DNA of 63,367 nucleotides, filler included, from Craspedostauros australis (Eukaryota), in NCBI GenBank assembly GCA_030167865.1. It is 10 parts of 10 records of this genome, joined end to end, with 100 filler letters (N's around TTAATTAATTAA, not from the genome) between each part and the next. Parts side by side here need not be neighbours in the genome. Positions count along the whole stretch, not along the records: positions 14,438 to 39,279 come from JALAGF010002762.1; 9 more parts are not named here. One strand, written 5' to 3'. The notes below the pieces were generated by a model, which was given only the letters and a program-made list of their open reading frames with translations, did no database searches and was not told where the DNA came from. The position numbers and the translations under genes are program-made. Below, in pieces: positions 24,295 to 35,617 of this stretch; position 1 is the stretch's first letter, and every line of letters starts with the position of its first letter.

Positions 24295-25473
24295 ATGGCA
24301 TTGCGAGCTGTGCTCTTGTTGTCCTGGTCTTTTTCCTTCACGCAGGCTTTCCCAGTGGCACCGATTGCTTCCAGGTTCAAACATCTGCCCCGTGATTCCC
24401 ATCGAACATTCCATACTCGTACGTGCACCACCATCATGTCCACCACCAACGACAGCAACGACAGCAACGAGAAAAACAATGAGGACATCCTCGCCGCCCA
24501 ACGCGACAAGGCCAAGTTCGTCTTCCGCGAATCCGTCGCCCCGGGCCTCAACACCGAAATGGCGCTGAAGCGCATCCTGGAGACCCGACAATCGCAATAC
24601 CAGGACATCTCCGTCATCGAAACCTACTTCGGCCGCACCTTGATCACGGACGGCAAGACGCAGAGCGCCGAGTTCGATGAATTCGCTTACCACGAGAGCC
24701 TCGTGCATCCCGCCATGCTCAACTTCAATCACTGCAGCGACACCGGCAAGGTCAACAAGGTCTTCATCGGCGGCGGCGGCGAACTGGCCACGGCACGCGA
24801 AGTCCTGCGCCACGCTTCCGTCGAACGCCTCGTCATGGTCGATCTAGATGAAGCCGTCATCGACGTCTGCGTGCAGCACCTGCCGGAATGGGGCGGCGAG
24901 GCCGTCAAGAACGATGACCGATTTCATCTCATCGTCGGTGATGCCTACGACTACCTCCTCAACACGGACGAGATATTCGATATCATCATTATGGATATCT
25001 CCGATCCCATCGAGGCCGGGCCCGGCATCATGCTCTACACCAAAGAACTTTACGAGCACGCCAAGACGCGTCTCTCCCCCCACGGCGTCTTCGTCACGCA
25101 AGCCGGCGCCGGCGATGCCATCCCGCCGCCGCATTCGATCGGCGACACGAAACAACAAGATACGACCTGTTTCGGGCCGATCCGCAATACCCTCGCGACC
25201 GTATTTGATTGCGTTCTGCCCTACACGATGTCCATTCCCAGCTTTGGTTCCGATTGGGGTTTCGTCATGGCCTATAACGGACACGATGCGGCATGGGGCA
25301 CGGTACCGCATGCGACGTTGGATCAGTTGATTGACGATGCCATGCACGATGAATTGCGCATGTACGATGGTATCACGCATACTCGCATGTTCGCATTGAC
25401 GAAACCCGTGCGCAAGCAACTGCGGGACGATACGCGGATCATGACGAAGGATAATCCGGTCTTTATGTATTAA
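24295..25473 (+). CDS. Aminopropyltransferase, thermospermine-synthase (ACL5)-like, with bipartite plastid presequence
   Basis: DGKTQSAE.DE..YHESLVHP, GGGGELATARE, DISDPIEAGPG..LYT, FVTQAG. N-terminus is a signal peptide ending TQA-FP followed by a basic Ser/Thr-rich transit peptide. Confidence 0.88.
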   Translation: MALRAVLLLSWSFSFTQAFPVAPIASRFKHLPRDSHRTFHTRTCTTIMSTTNDSNDSNEKNNEDILAAQRDKAKFVFRESVAPGLNTEMALKRILETRQSQYQDISVIETYFGRTLITDGKTQSAEFDEFAYHESLVHPAMLNFNHCSDTGKVNKVFIGGGGELATAREVLRHASVERLVMVDLDEAVIDVCVQHLPEWGGEAVKNDDRFHLIVGDAYDYLLNTDEIFDIIIMDISDPIEAGPGIMLYTKELYEHAKTRLSPHGVFVTQAGAGDAIPPPHSIGDTKQQDTTCFGPIRNTLATVFDCVLPYTMSIPSFGSDWGFVMAYNGHDAAWGTVPHATLDQLIDDAMHDELRMYDGITHTRMFALTKPVRKQLRDDTRIMTKDNPVFMY

Positions 25474-25968
25474 CAAGACTACGATATATGCGACAACTGG
25501 TGTGGTGGTAGTATATGGTATATTAGATTGGTTGAGTGAAGCGTCGTATTGGAGGTTGAATTCGTGGATGCGTCAATCCTCTCTAGACATACACGGCTCA
25601 GCGTAGACTGATTTGTGAGTCGAAGCAATCAATTCCAACCGTTGCTCGCGATGATTTTTCGGCGTCAACAATGACCAAAACTGGCGATGCCGTGTGGAGG
25701 CAGTCCAACAAGAAGCCAAACAACACAATCTTGTCATTGCAGTGTCTTGCCCATCATCACATGGTGACTTGCATCCAAGAACAGCAACAGGAGAGAAGAA
25801 GCATAGCACAGCACAACAAGCATTGATACAGCGAATTCCCAATGTAAGTGGCGTTCATGGCGTAACATTTGATTGATAGGAAGCGCATTCTCCATCTCAC
25901 ACACTCATTGCATTCCATCACTTCATTATTATTATTATTATATTCCATTGCAACACAACATCAGCAAC

Positions 25969-27642
25969 ATGTCTCGAGCCAACAAGACCATCCTGGTGCT
26001 GTACCGCATCGTGAACTCGGAATCGGACAGCTCCGATCCGCTGTTCAATTGCTTCCACATGCCATTTGGCAATGGTCCGACCCTTGCGACGGTGAAGCAG
26101 TGAGTTCGTTGTTTATAATGAGTTGTTTGTGATCTTTGTGGTTGCTTGTTTGGCGCGAAAGTTTGCTTGCTGTGGGTGCTTCTGCTTTCATCCTCACCCA
26201 TCAACCTACCAACCTACCAACTCACTCATCAACTCTACTAATATTATATACTTTCACATACCATTACATATACCATTATATTCCATATTATATTGTATTC
26301 TATCACACGCCTACTCAGATACTGCGCCGCCGCTCATTCTTTGAGCCATCTGGGACCCGAGGGATACCACTGGCGCGTGCTCGTGGAGGACAAGGTCGCG
26401 GCCGGTGCGGACCGCACCTACAGCTGGTGGGATGTGCAGGACTCCAATGCCAAGCTGCCCGTCAAGGAGTCGTCGCAGTACGACTTGCGCAAGCTGCTGT
26501 TCCCGCCACCCAAAGCGACGTCCTCCACGGACACGGCGACGAAGGCCGCGAAGGGCGCCTTCAAGATGATGGGCAAGGCCGTGGCGGCCGTCGCCGGCGA
26601 GGATACTTCGGGTGCCGATCATGGACCACCCGTCGCGGTGCTCACATTCAAGCTGTTGGATCTGGTGCGCATCAACGATGATTTCAACTTGAAGCATGGT
26701 GGTCATGCGGTCGAGATGCCCACGACGCCCGTCTCGCGTCGCTCACAGCCAGCGGCGCGACCAGCTGCCCGACCACAGCCAGCTGCTCGGCCACAACCAG
26801 CGCCGCAACCACAGCGTCCGGCGTATCCGCCGCAGCAACAACAAAAGCAGGCCTACCGAGCTTCTGCTCCGGCACCGCAGCGACAGCCAGCGCGACCAGC
26901 GAATCAACCAGAACCATCGTTGATGGACTTCGGCGCCGCGCCCGCATCAGCGGCCCACAACCGCGTGCTGCACCACACGACATCGTCCCCGGCATCCTTC
27001 CATGCCAACGAAACGCGCGCCGAAAAGTTGAAGCGAGAATATGCCAAAAAGAAGCAGAGCGCGAACCGTGTCTGGGACGACGTGGATCAACGATGGGTCG
27101 AGGTCAAGCCCGGCGCCTCGTTGGGATCCAAATCGGCGCCGCCCGGTGCCATGAATAACGCCAATAAGAAGAAGGAGAAGGGCATCTCGCTCGATCCCAC
27201 AAACGCCGTCGGCAAGAGCGCCAACGTCCAGGCCGCCGTCCATAAGCGCGTCAGCGACATGAAGAAATCGCAGCAGAAGGCATTGCAGGAGGTGCGCCAA
27301 CGCGAGGCCGCCAAGAAGAAGGCCGAAGACGAGGAAGACGTCGCGCGCAAGCAGCTCGAACCCAAGATCAAGGCGTGGAGCGAAGAGCACGGTAAGAAGA
27401 AGCAGCTGCGCGCCTTGCTCGCCTCGTTGCACGTCGTCTTGTGGCCTGGCACGAAGTGGAAGCAGATCAGCATCGGCGACGTCTTGAATGACAGCAAGGT
27501 CAAGCGGTTCTACCATAAGGCGACGCTCGTCGTGCATCCCGATAAGACGGGACATCTGCCGGCCGATCAGCGGTTCTTGGCCAAGCGTATCTTCGACGCC
27601 TTGACGCAGGCCAAGACCGACTTTGATAATGGCGCGAAGTAG
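25969..27642 (+). CDS. Auxilin-like J-domain protein with N-terminal DIX-like domain, 2 exons
   Basis: Exons 25969-26099 and 26319-27642. C-terminal LRALLASLH..LW...W...VKRFYHKA.L.VHPDK; N-terminal YHWRV...WWDV.D...LP; Pro/Gln-rich linker. Confidence 0.88.
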
Positions 27643-28072
27643 GCAGGTGGGCGTGAGCGGTCACATAGTCGTAGGTGCTCTAGACAGCAGTCAACGTGAA
27701 GAATCTTGCATTGCAGCAAATCATTGATTCATGTGCTGGATGCTTGTGTTATGCTCTAGTCTGTAAGTGTGTCAGTAAGACGTACTCGTAGAGTACAGTT
27801 GAGTGTCCGCTCATTCATGGTTGCGATGTTGCCTGCCGGTTGGGAACTGTGGTTGTGGCAAAGTCTTGGCCATGAGAAGGGATCTTCCACAGAAGGATTC
27901 AGACATCACGAAGATGAGATGTGACATTCACGCTCAGACACGCAAGTGTCATTTATTGTCCTCAAATGAAGCCTTGACAGCAATGACAGAGTCATTCATC
28001 ACAACAATCACAACCAGCATAGGTACACACATCACATATCACACATCACACACCAATCAACGTAACATAACC

Positions 28073-29110
28073 ATGGACCTCTCCACATGCCAATTCAGCC
28101 CACCGTCGTTGGAAGCATGGACCACGGCAGTCCTGGCACACGCCGGTTGCTGCGTGCTGGGTGGATTGCCATGCGCTGTGCTGCTATTTTACAGCCCGCA
28201 TCGCAAATACCTCGGCCCTCCTCTCGGTGTCGTCGTCGCGCTGTCCATCCTGCTGATCGTGCGGCACAACGACAGCGTGCCGTGGATGGTCGCCTTCCTC
28301 GCCGCGACATTCGCATTCTCCACGTTCTTCAAATGCATCGCGCACGAGCATCCGCCTGGCGCCGACGCCGATCTGGAGTCCTGGATCTACTGGTTCGTCA
28401 TGATGCCGGAACCGGACTTTGCCAAAGGCAAGCTGCGGCGCACGACGTGGACCAACTTTGCGACGTTGCTGCGATGCTTCGCCCTCAAGATCGTTGGATT
28501 ATCGATGCTGCTGAGTCTCCTGCGCGCGCAGCTGCAACATCGCATCGAAGCCTATCTCCACATCTGGTTGATCTACCTGTGGGCATCCTTCTGTCTCGAC
28601 TTTTCCCAAATCGGCTGCACGATCGCCACGCGCGGTATCCAAATGCAATCGGGATTCCGCAATCCGCTCCTCGAAAGCCGATGCCTCAAGGATCTGTGGG
28701 GCGAACGATGGAATCTGCCCGTGCACGTCCTGCTCAAACGCGCCATTTACAAACCCGCGATGCGCGCCACGCAGAGTCCCATCGTGGCCGTGTTGTGCAC
28801 CTTCATCGTGTCGGGGGGTCTGCATGAGTACAACTTTGCGGTGCACAATCATGCCGCTTACCAACCTGGTCTGGCCATGACATTCTTCGTGACGATGGGG
28901 ATCCTCATGATCGTGGAAGATGCGGTGTGGGCATTGGCGTGTCCGGCAAGCATGCAGGCGGTGTTGCGCAAGACGCCGTCGATCGTGATTTCGATCGGCG
29001 TCACCGTCTTCGTTTCGTTTCTGTCGGAGCGGTGGTTCATGCGGAGTTGGTTGGAAGCTGGCTTCGTTGAGGTCATTGCGGAGTTGATGCCGACTTGGGA
29101 ATGCGGGTAA
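28073..29110 (+). CDS. MBOAT wax-synthase-like acyltransferase
   Basis: FRNPLLES..LKDLWG.RWN.PV...LKR..Y.P and FIVSGGLHEY motifs; multiple TM helices. Confidence 0.9.
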   Translation: MDLSTCQFSPPSLEAWTTAVLAHAGCCVLGGLPCAVLLFYSPHRKYLGPPLGVVVALSILLIVRHNDSVPWMVAFLAATFAFSTFFKCIAHEHPPGADADLESWIYWFVMMPEPDFAKGKLRRTTWTNFATLLRCFALKIVGLSMLLSLLRAQLQHRIEAYLHIWLIYLWASFCLDFSQIGCTIATRGIQMQSGFRNPLLESRCLKDLWGERWNLPVHVLLKRAIYKPAMRATQSPIVAVLCTFIVSGGLHEYNFAVHNHAAYQPGLAMTFFVTMGILMIVEDAVWALACPASMQAVLRKTPSIVISIGVTVFVSFLSERWFMRSWLEAGFVEVIAELMPTWECG

Positions 29111-29298
29111 GGTGAATGCCATGGACTAGTCCGTACAGAGCAGACTCGAGTAGAATGTCATAATTAGAATAAGTGTGGTGGACCAGTTGAGATGGCTGGT
29201 ACTCCCGCGCTGATCAATACCGTGGCGCACATAGCAGAGCAATAGTATGTAGAGTATGGTAGAGGTATGGTAGACGTATGGCAGAGTACATACATACG

Positions 29299-30348
29299 TT
29301 ACAACCGCGGCTGCGCCAGCAACCCCCCGATGAGACCAAACAGCATGAAGTAGATGCTCTTCTTGACCAGCGACTGTTGCTCGTCGAGAGACGCAAAACA
29401 CGCCTTGATGGACGCGACGGCCGCCGCAGACCAACCAAACGAGAACCATGGACCTCCTGCGAACATGGCACGGTACGTCGGTGTTACCAACACGGCCAAC
29501 GTCCCCAACACCATGCTCATGCTGATGCACCGCGCGACTTGCACGCCCAACACCAACGGGATCGTGCTCTTCTCACCGTGATCCATGTCGACATCTTGCG
29601 TATCCTTCAGTATTTCACGCGCCGTCCCAATGGCGAAGCCCGTCATGGCCATGCGATACAACTGATAATGCATGCTGCGTGTCACCAACGTCGCTGCGAT
29701 CAACGGTGAGATGCACAACCATCCGACGATGAGATTCTTGATGAGGAATAGCCTCTGCCATCCGCCGGCGGCATACAGCGCCATCCACAGCAAATTGGAT
29801 GCGCTCCATGCTGCGAATGGAAGATTGACGCCGCCCGCTGCGATCACAAGCGATGCAAGCGACAAACTTCGCGCGTATCGCCATGCGTCGCGCACGGAGA
29901 TTCGTCCCGACGCGATGGGACGATGTTGTTTGAACAATGCATCCATGTGAGCATCGGCGCAATCGTTCATGACCATCCCGGCACCGTACGCAATGTAGAT
30001 GGACAGCGCGGCGCAGCTGTCTTGGAGGGGATGCAGCGTCGGAGAAATCACGAGGCGGCCCACGACGAAGGCACCGACGGCTTGCACGATCGTGATGGGA
30101 CGCAAGATTTGCCAGTAGAGACGCAGCGGATGCATGTTGGTGTCGCTGTTGTCGTGTGTGGATGCCTGGCGGTGTTGTTGACGTTGGAAGGAAGGCGGCG
30201 ATCTCGTGCGCACTGTGGATGGGGTGATCACGTTGCCTCGCGATGATGCCAATGATCCGACACCGAACGATTCCACGAGCAACGTTGTGGAGTGAACGCA
30301 CAGAAGAAGGAGCAGCACGAGACTACTGCGAGTACGAATGCATCTCAT
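29299..30348 (-). CDS. UbiA-family prenyltransferase, DGGGP-synthase-like, with bipartite plastid presequence
   Basis: LRP, NDCADAHMD..RPIASGRIS, KNL, REILKDTQDVDMD..TIP. Signal peptide ending VES-FG. Alternative start at 30378. Confidence 0.85.
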   Translation of the reverse strand: MRCIRTRSSLVLLLLLCVHSTTLLVESFGVGSLASSRGNVITPSTVRTRSPPSFQRQQHRQASTHDNSDTNMHPLRLYWQILRPITIVQAVGAFVVGRLVISPTLHPLQDSCAALSIYIAYGAGMVMNDCADAHMDALFKQHRPIASGRISVRDAWRYARSLSLASLVIAAGGVNLPFAAWSASNLLWMALYAAGGWQRLFLIKNLIVGWLCISPLIAATLVTRSMHYQLYRMAMTGFAIGTAREILKDTQDVDMDHGEKSTIPLVLGVQVARCISMSMVLGTLAVLVTPTYRAMFAGGPWFSFGWSAAAVASIKACFASLDEQQSLVKKSIYFMLFGLIGGLLAQPRL

Positions 30349-30870
30349 CTGGCTTGATCTCGCACTTCTGCGCGTCATTATAGCTGCGTCAAACAATGAT
30401 GATGATGATGATGATGGAATGGCTATTGGGTATAGCCATTGAAGATGGTCATGTTGCCATCGGAGACTTGCTCTCATCTCGATCTTTCTCTTGGTAACAT
30501 CACTGATGAGAGTCGTCTTGTTTGAAGTGACGTCACGTTCGGGATTCACGGATCTTTTCGCCCCAAACACGAATCGTTTTGGGTCGAACGACTCTTTGAT
30601 TCGCCGTCGCGCAAGTCGCGCTGTGCACCTCCCTCCATCGAACTTCTTTGATGATCATCCATCCATCCATCCTCCCAGTCGTGTCACTCAACATGAGCAT
30701 CCATCCTTCCACCCATCTATCCACCCACCCATCCATCTATCCACCTGATCCTCCATCACATCAAAGAACAAGTGTCTTGCACCAATCGCTGGTTCAGCTT
30801 CCATCCATTTGCTTCATTCATTCATTCATTCAACCATTCACTCATTCTTTTGACTCCCAACGACAGAACA

Positions 30871-32166
30871 ATGACAGGTGATGGCCCATTCCGCATTGGC
30901 ATGATCGGTGCCGGCACCGTCGGCGGAGGCGTCTACGAACTCATCATGGACCGGTTGCGTAGCGCAACGCCACAACAGCGACCCATCCTCATCACGAAGA
31001 TCTGCGTGCGCGACCTCGACAAACCGCGATCCTTCACGATCGATGAGGCCGTGACAACGATGACGACCGACGTCGATTCCATCTTGCACGACGAGGCGAT
31101 CGACATGATCGTCGAAGTCATGGGCGGCACGCGTCTGGCCAAGGACATCGTGTTTTCGGCCCTGCGATCGAAGAAGCACGTCGTGACGGCCAACAAGGCG
31201 CTCATTGCGGAACATATGACAGAGTTGGAACAGCTGCTGCCAGCCGACGTCGCCTTCGGATACGAGGCCGCCGTGTGCGGTGGCATTCCCATCATCCGGA
31301 CGCTGCAGCAGGCGTATGTCGGCGATATCGTGGAATCGATTCAAGGCATCTGCAACGGCACGACGAATTACATGCTGTCCAAGTTGGAGAAGGGCGACGT
31401 CGCCTACGACGACGTCCTCAAGGAAGCCCAGGATTTGGGATACGCCGAGGCCGATCCCACCGCCGACGTCGAAGGCCACGATGTGCGCGCCAAGATCGCC
31501 ATTCTGGCCAAGCTCGCGTTCGGCGTGTCCATCGAGGATTTGCACGATATTCCATGTCACGGCATCTCCCAATTGACGCGCGTCGATTTCGCCTTCGCCA
31601 AGTCGATGGGCTGCACGATCAAATTGTTGGGCACCGCGGAACGGTCGACGGCGCTGTCGGTCTACGTCAGCGCCTGCATCGTGCCGTCGTCGCACGTGCT
31701 GGCCTCGATCGGTTCCAACGGCAACGGCGTGGCCGTGAAGTCCGCCAATATGGGACAGTGCTGTTACATGGGACCCGGTGCGGGGCGCTTTGCGACGGCC
31801 AACAGCGTCGTGGCAGATATTTGCCGAATGGCCCACGAGGCGCCGTCGCCGGCGTTTCCCAAACCATCCACGATCGCGACCGCCATCGATCACGACTTCG
31901 TGCACTACTTTTACGTCCGCATTCCATGCGCCGCGCAAATCGCACAGAGCGGCAACACGACGGGCGTGATCGCCAAAGTCGAGGAGATTGCGAGGTCGCA
32001 TGGCATTTCCGTTGCTACCGTGTCCAAGGATCATCCTGGCAACGTCTGTCTCACGACGGCCAGCGAATGCAGCTACTCCCAAATCAGGCAGCTTTGCGCG
32101 GCCTTCCAAAGCGAGAGCTATTGCGTCGGGGATTGCGTCTTTCTTCCCGTTTTGGGAGCGCAGTAG
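30871..32166 (+). CDS. hom: Monofunctional homoserine dehydrogenase
   Basis: GAGTVGGG, VVTANKA, YEAAVCGGIP, NGTTNY, GYAEADPTADVEG.D...K, GPGAG..ATAN; ACT-like C-terminus. Confidence 0.95.
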   Translation: MTGDGPFRIGMIGAGTVGGGVYELIMDRLRSATPQQRPILITKICVRDLDKPRSFTIDEAVTTMTTDVDSILHDEAIDMIVEVMGGTRLAKDIVFSALRSKKHVVTANKALIAEHMTELEQLLPADVAFGYEAAVCGGIPIIRTLQQAYVGDIVESIQGICNGTTNYMLSKLEKGDVAYDDVLKEAQDLGYAEADPTADVEGHDVRAKIAILAKLAFGVSIEDLHDIPCHGISQLTRVDFAFAKSMGCTIKLLGTAERSTALSVYVSACIVPSSHVLASIGSNGNGVAVKSANMGQCCYMGPGAGRFATANSVVADICRMAHEAPSPAFPKPSTIATAIDHDFVHYFYVRIPCAAQIAQSGNTTGVIAKVEEIARSHGISVATVSKDHPGNVCLTTASECSYSQIRQLCAAFQSESYCVGDCVFLPVLGAQ

Positions 32167-32560
32167 GTGAACTCTCATGGTGAAGTGTAGTGTAGTATTC
32201 TCTTACTCGTGCGCTCGTCCTTGTCATGCTTCGGTGATGTCAGTTTGCAGCTCGGATACGCGTACGGCTACGAGTTGCTCTGGTCCATACAAGGCTACTA
32301 TAATCTAGACTAGACCTACCTCATCATTCATGACTCAACGATTCACGAGTATCTACATCCACATCATTTTGGCGCCACCCAAACTCGATGTGTTGGATTC
32401 TGTCGGTTGTGCCACCACCAACACCATCATCATCCTTGTTTCTGTTGCCAAAGACACACGCGAGGTTGACGTTGGATCTCTTGCGACATCCACTGCACGT
32501 GCTTGCCACTTGCGTGATCCACCAGTGATACTCCAACTCCAACAACTCCATCCATCGATC

Positions 32561-35500
32561 ATGCCGAAAAAGAAGAAGAAGAGCCGCGACAATGGTCCAC
32601 CACCTGCGGCTTCAGTGCCACCATCTCCCCAGGTTTCCGTGACTGCGGCCGCATCGCCTGCCTTGCGCAAGCCATCGACGAAGTCGCCTGCGTCCAAGAA
32701 GGGATACACCAAACCATGGGACACCAGCAGCCCGCCATCGACGGTTGACATGCTGCCACTCAAGCTGGTGCTGTCGTCGTCTTCTCCACTGCGCAGCACC
32801 CTCAAATTCAATCCCATCGTGGTGCTTTGCGACTCGGATGCCAGTCGATTGGATGTTGCGTCCGGCGATTGCGTGTTCTTGGTTTCTACAACGCAAAGCA
32901 GCGCAGCAATGCAAGTGACGAAGACAGCCTATGCCAAGGTGAAAGTCATTGCTGCGACTGGCAAGGCCATTGGGCACGCATCACCGCGATCGCAAGGCGC
33001 GGCACAGAAGAAGATCGCTGTCGGAACCTGCAACATCTTTCCCAAGTATTTGGCAGAAGCCATGTTGCCGCCCAGCGATGAGTTCGTTGCGCCATCCACT
33101 CCGTCCGCAGCAACATCACCAGCAACGACGCCCAATACACCGCCATCCAAGTCATCGTCCCGATTTTCATTTGCCAAAGGCGGTGGCGGTGATGCCATCA
33201 TCTCACCATCCTCTGTCAACGTCACCGCAAAAAAGACCAATGCGTACCAAATATGGATTGTACCGCGCGAATCCGCACAAGGCGATGTCCTTGCAGATCT
33301 CCTCTTGTCGTCAGCAGCAGCCCGCGTCCATGTTGACGACGCGATGCATTCCAACATGTCAGCAGCGATCAAACATCAAATGTTCCTGGCCTACACGCAT
33401 GGATCGTGCCTTGCGCAAGGATACGCATTGAGACTCACACTGAATGGACGGCAATGGCAGTGCACGGTGGCGTCCGACGAACTGAAACCAAACGCGGATG
33501 TTTCAACGATCGAGAAACAATTTTCGAAGATGTCGCTCGATGTGGGTGGCAGTGCGCTACTTGCGGCATTGAGAGATGCGATGCAGGATTCATGCGTCGC
33601 GCGCAAACTAAGACTATTGCAAATCACCAAATCGACAAAATTCACATTCGAATCATCAACGAATGCCAAGAGCAGCAGACGCAATCAGTCAGCCCCGTCG
33701 ACGCTTGCGACCGTCGCAGGATTGGACGCAACACTGGAAAAGATCTCCACAGTTCTCTCGCAGCCTCTGTTCCACGCCCACCTCTTCCAAGAACCGCTGC
33801 GACCGCCGCGAGGCGCACTGCTGTGCGGCTCCAGCGGAACTGGCAAAACAAGCTTGGCACGTCAGATCGTCCGCGATTTCCAAGCACAAAACGTCCACGT
33901 CGAATTCATCAACTGCACTTCGATCCAATCCGCCACAGGTCACATGGGACAGGCCGAACAGAAGGTGGCGCAACTCTTTCGCGCAGCAGAAACACCGCGG
34001 CCCGGATGCGTCGGAGGCTTGATCGTGCTGGATGATATCCATTTAATCTGCCCGCGCCGCAATGGCATGAATGCAGGCGCCGATCGATTGACGTCCACCA
34101 TTTTGGCGTTGTTGGATGGAACGGATTCAAAAGAACAGCGCTCTGCGAGCAACCACAATGTCGTCGTGCTGGGGATCACGGCAAATCCCAATGCGTTGGA
34201 TGCGGCGGTGCGACGTCCGGGACGGTTGGATGTCGAAATCGAAGTTCCCTTGCCCGATGAACCATCGCACCGCAGGGACATCCTGCAGCTGCACGTCCGA
34301 TCCATGCCCCAGATCGAGTGCAACTATACGGATCCGGAATGGTTTGCATTGGCGGCATTGGGCAAAGGATTTACGGGAGCCGATTGCATGCTGGCCGTCA
34401 AGGAAGCCGTGCGAAATGCTGTGTTGCGGCAGCAGGAGGAGTGCAAGGATGATTCTGCACGCACTACCAACGGCGAGGGCCGCATCATCGTGCGCTGCAA
34501 TTACCAAGACATGGAAAAGGGCATCCGCCGCACCAAACCGTCCGCCATCAAATCCATTTCGGTCGAAGTCCCGCAAGTCCACTGGTCTGCCATCGGCGGC
34601 ATGGAGCAAGTCAAGAAGGAACTGCGCGAAGCCATCGAACTGCCCATGACACACGGTGCCTTGTTCCGCAGGTGGAACATCGCCGCGCCGCGTGGTGTGC
34701 TGCTGTACGGCCCGCCCGGTTGTTCCAAGACGCTGATGGCGCGCGCCTTGGCCACGGAAGGGCAGATGAACTTCCTGGCCGTGAAAGGACCGGAATTGCT
34801 GAGCAAATGGCTGGGCGAGAGCGAACGTGCCTTGGCCTCGTTGTTCCGACGCGCCCGCATGGCCAGCCCGGCCGTCATCTTCTTTGATGAGATCGATGCG
34901 ATCGCATCAAAACGAGGCGGCGTCGGCAGCGATCGGTTGCTGTCGCAGTTGCTGACCGAGATGGACGGCGTGCAGCGGCAGGCCCGCGTCGTCGTGGTGG
35001 CAGCGACGAATCGTCCCGATCTGTTGGACAGCGCCCTGATGCGGCCGGGACGCATGGATCGCAAGATCTACGTGGGAGCGCCGGATGCACGCAGCCGTGT
35101 CGAGATCTTTCGCGTTGGTCTGCGAGGCAAGAGCTGCGCGGATGGTATCGACGTGAGTGGTGTTGTGGTTGATGCCATTGTCTTTGCTGCGTTGGTCCAT
35201 TGTTTCGTTTGTGCTCTGGTACTTTGACTCAGCTCCGTCACTCACTCGACTCTCTCGCTCACCTTTCCTTCATTCATGATGCTTTGCATGGTGCTGGCGT
35301 CACCGCGCTGGTGGGACTAAACCTGTATTCGAATGCTGTCTCAATACCGCCTTTGATTCCCACAACACAATCGAAACCTTGTGACGATGCAGGTGGAGGC
35401 TCTGGCCCAGCACGAGCGAAGCCAAGGTCTTTCCGGTGCCGAAATCATTTCCGTTTGCCGCAACGCCGCCTTGTTGGCCTTGGAACAGCATCACGAAGGC

Positions 35501-35617
35501 GAAGACGATGATCCACGAATCAGCATGCGTCATCTGCTGACGGCGCTGGACGACATCGATGGTCAAATCACGCCGGAGATGATCGCCTTTTACGATGGTT
35601 ACCGTCAGCAAAACTGA
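32561..35617 (+). CDS. AFG2/SPATA5-like double-ring AAA+ ATPase, 2 exons
   Basis: Exons 32561-35152 and 35393-35617. D1 GSSGTGKT/LDDIH/RRPGRLD; D2 GPPGCSKT/FFDEID/RPGRMD. Confidence 0.92.

Noticed and set aside
30838..32183. Long antisense/alternate-frame ORFs over homoserine dehydrogenase (and similar ones over other genes)
   Set aside because: Shadow ORFs caused by GC3-rich codon usage; no motifs.
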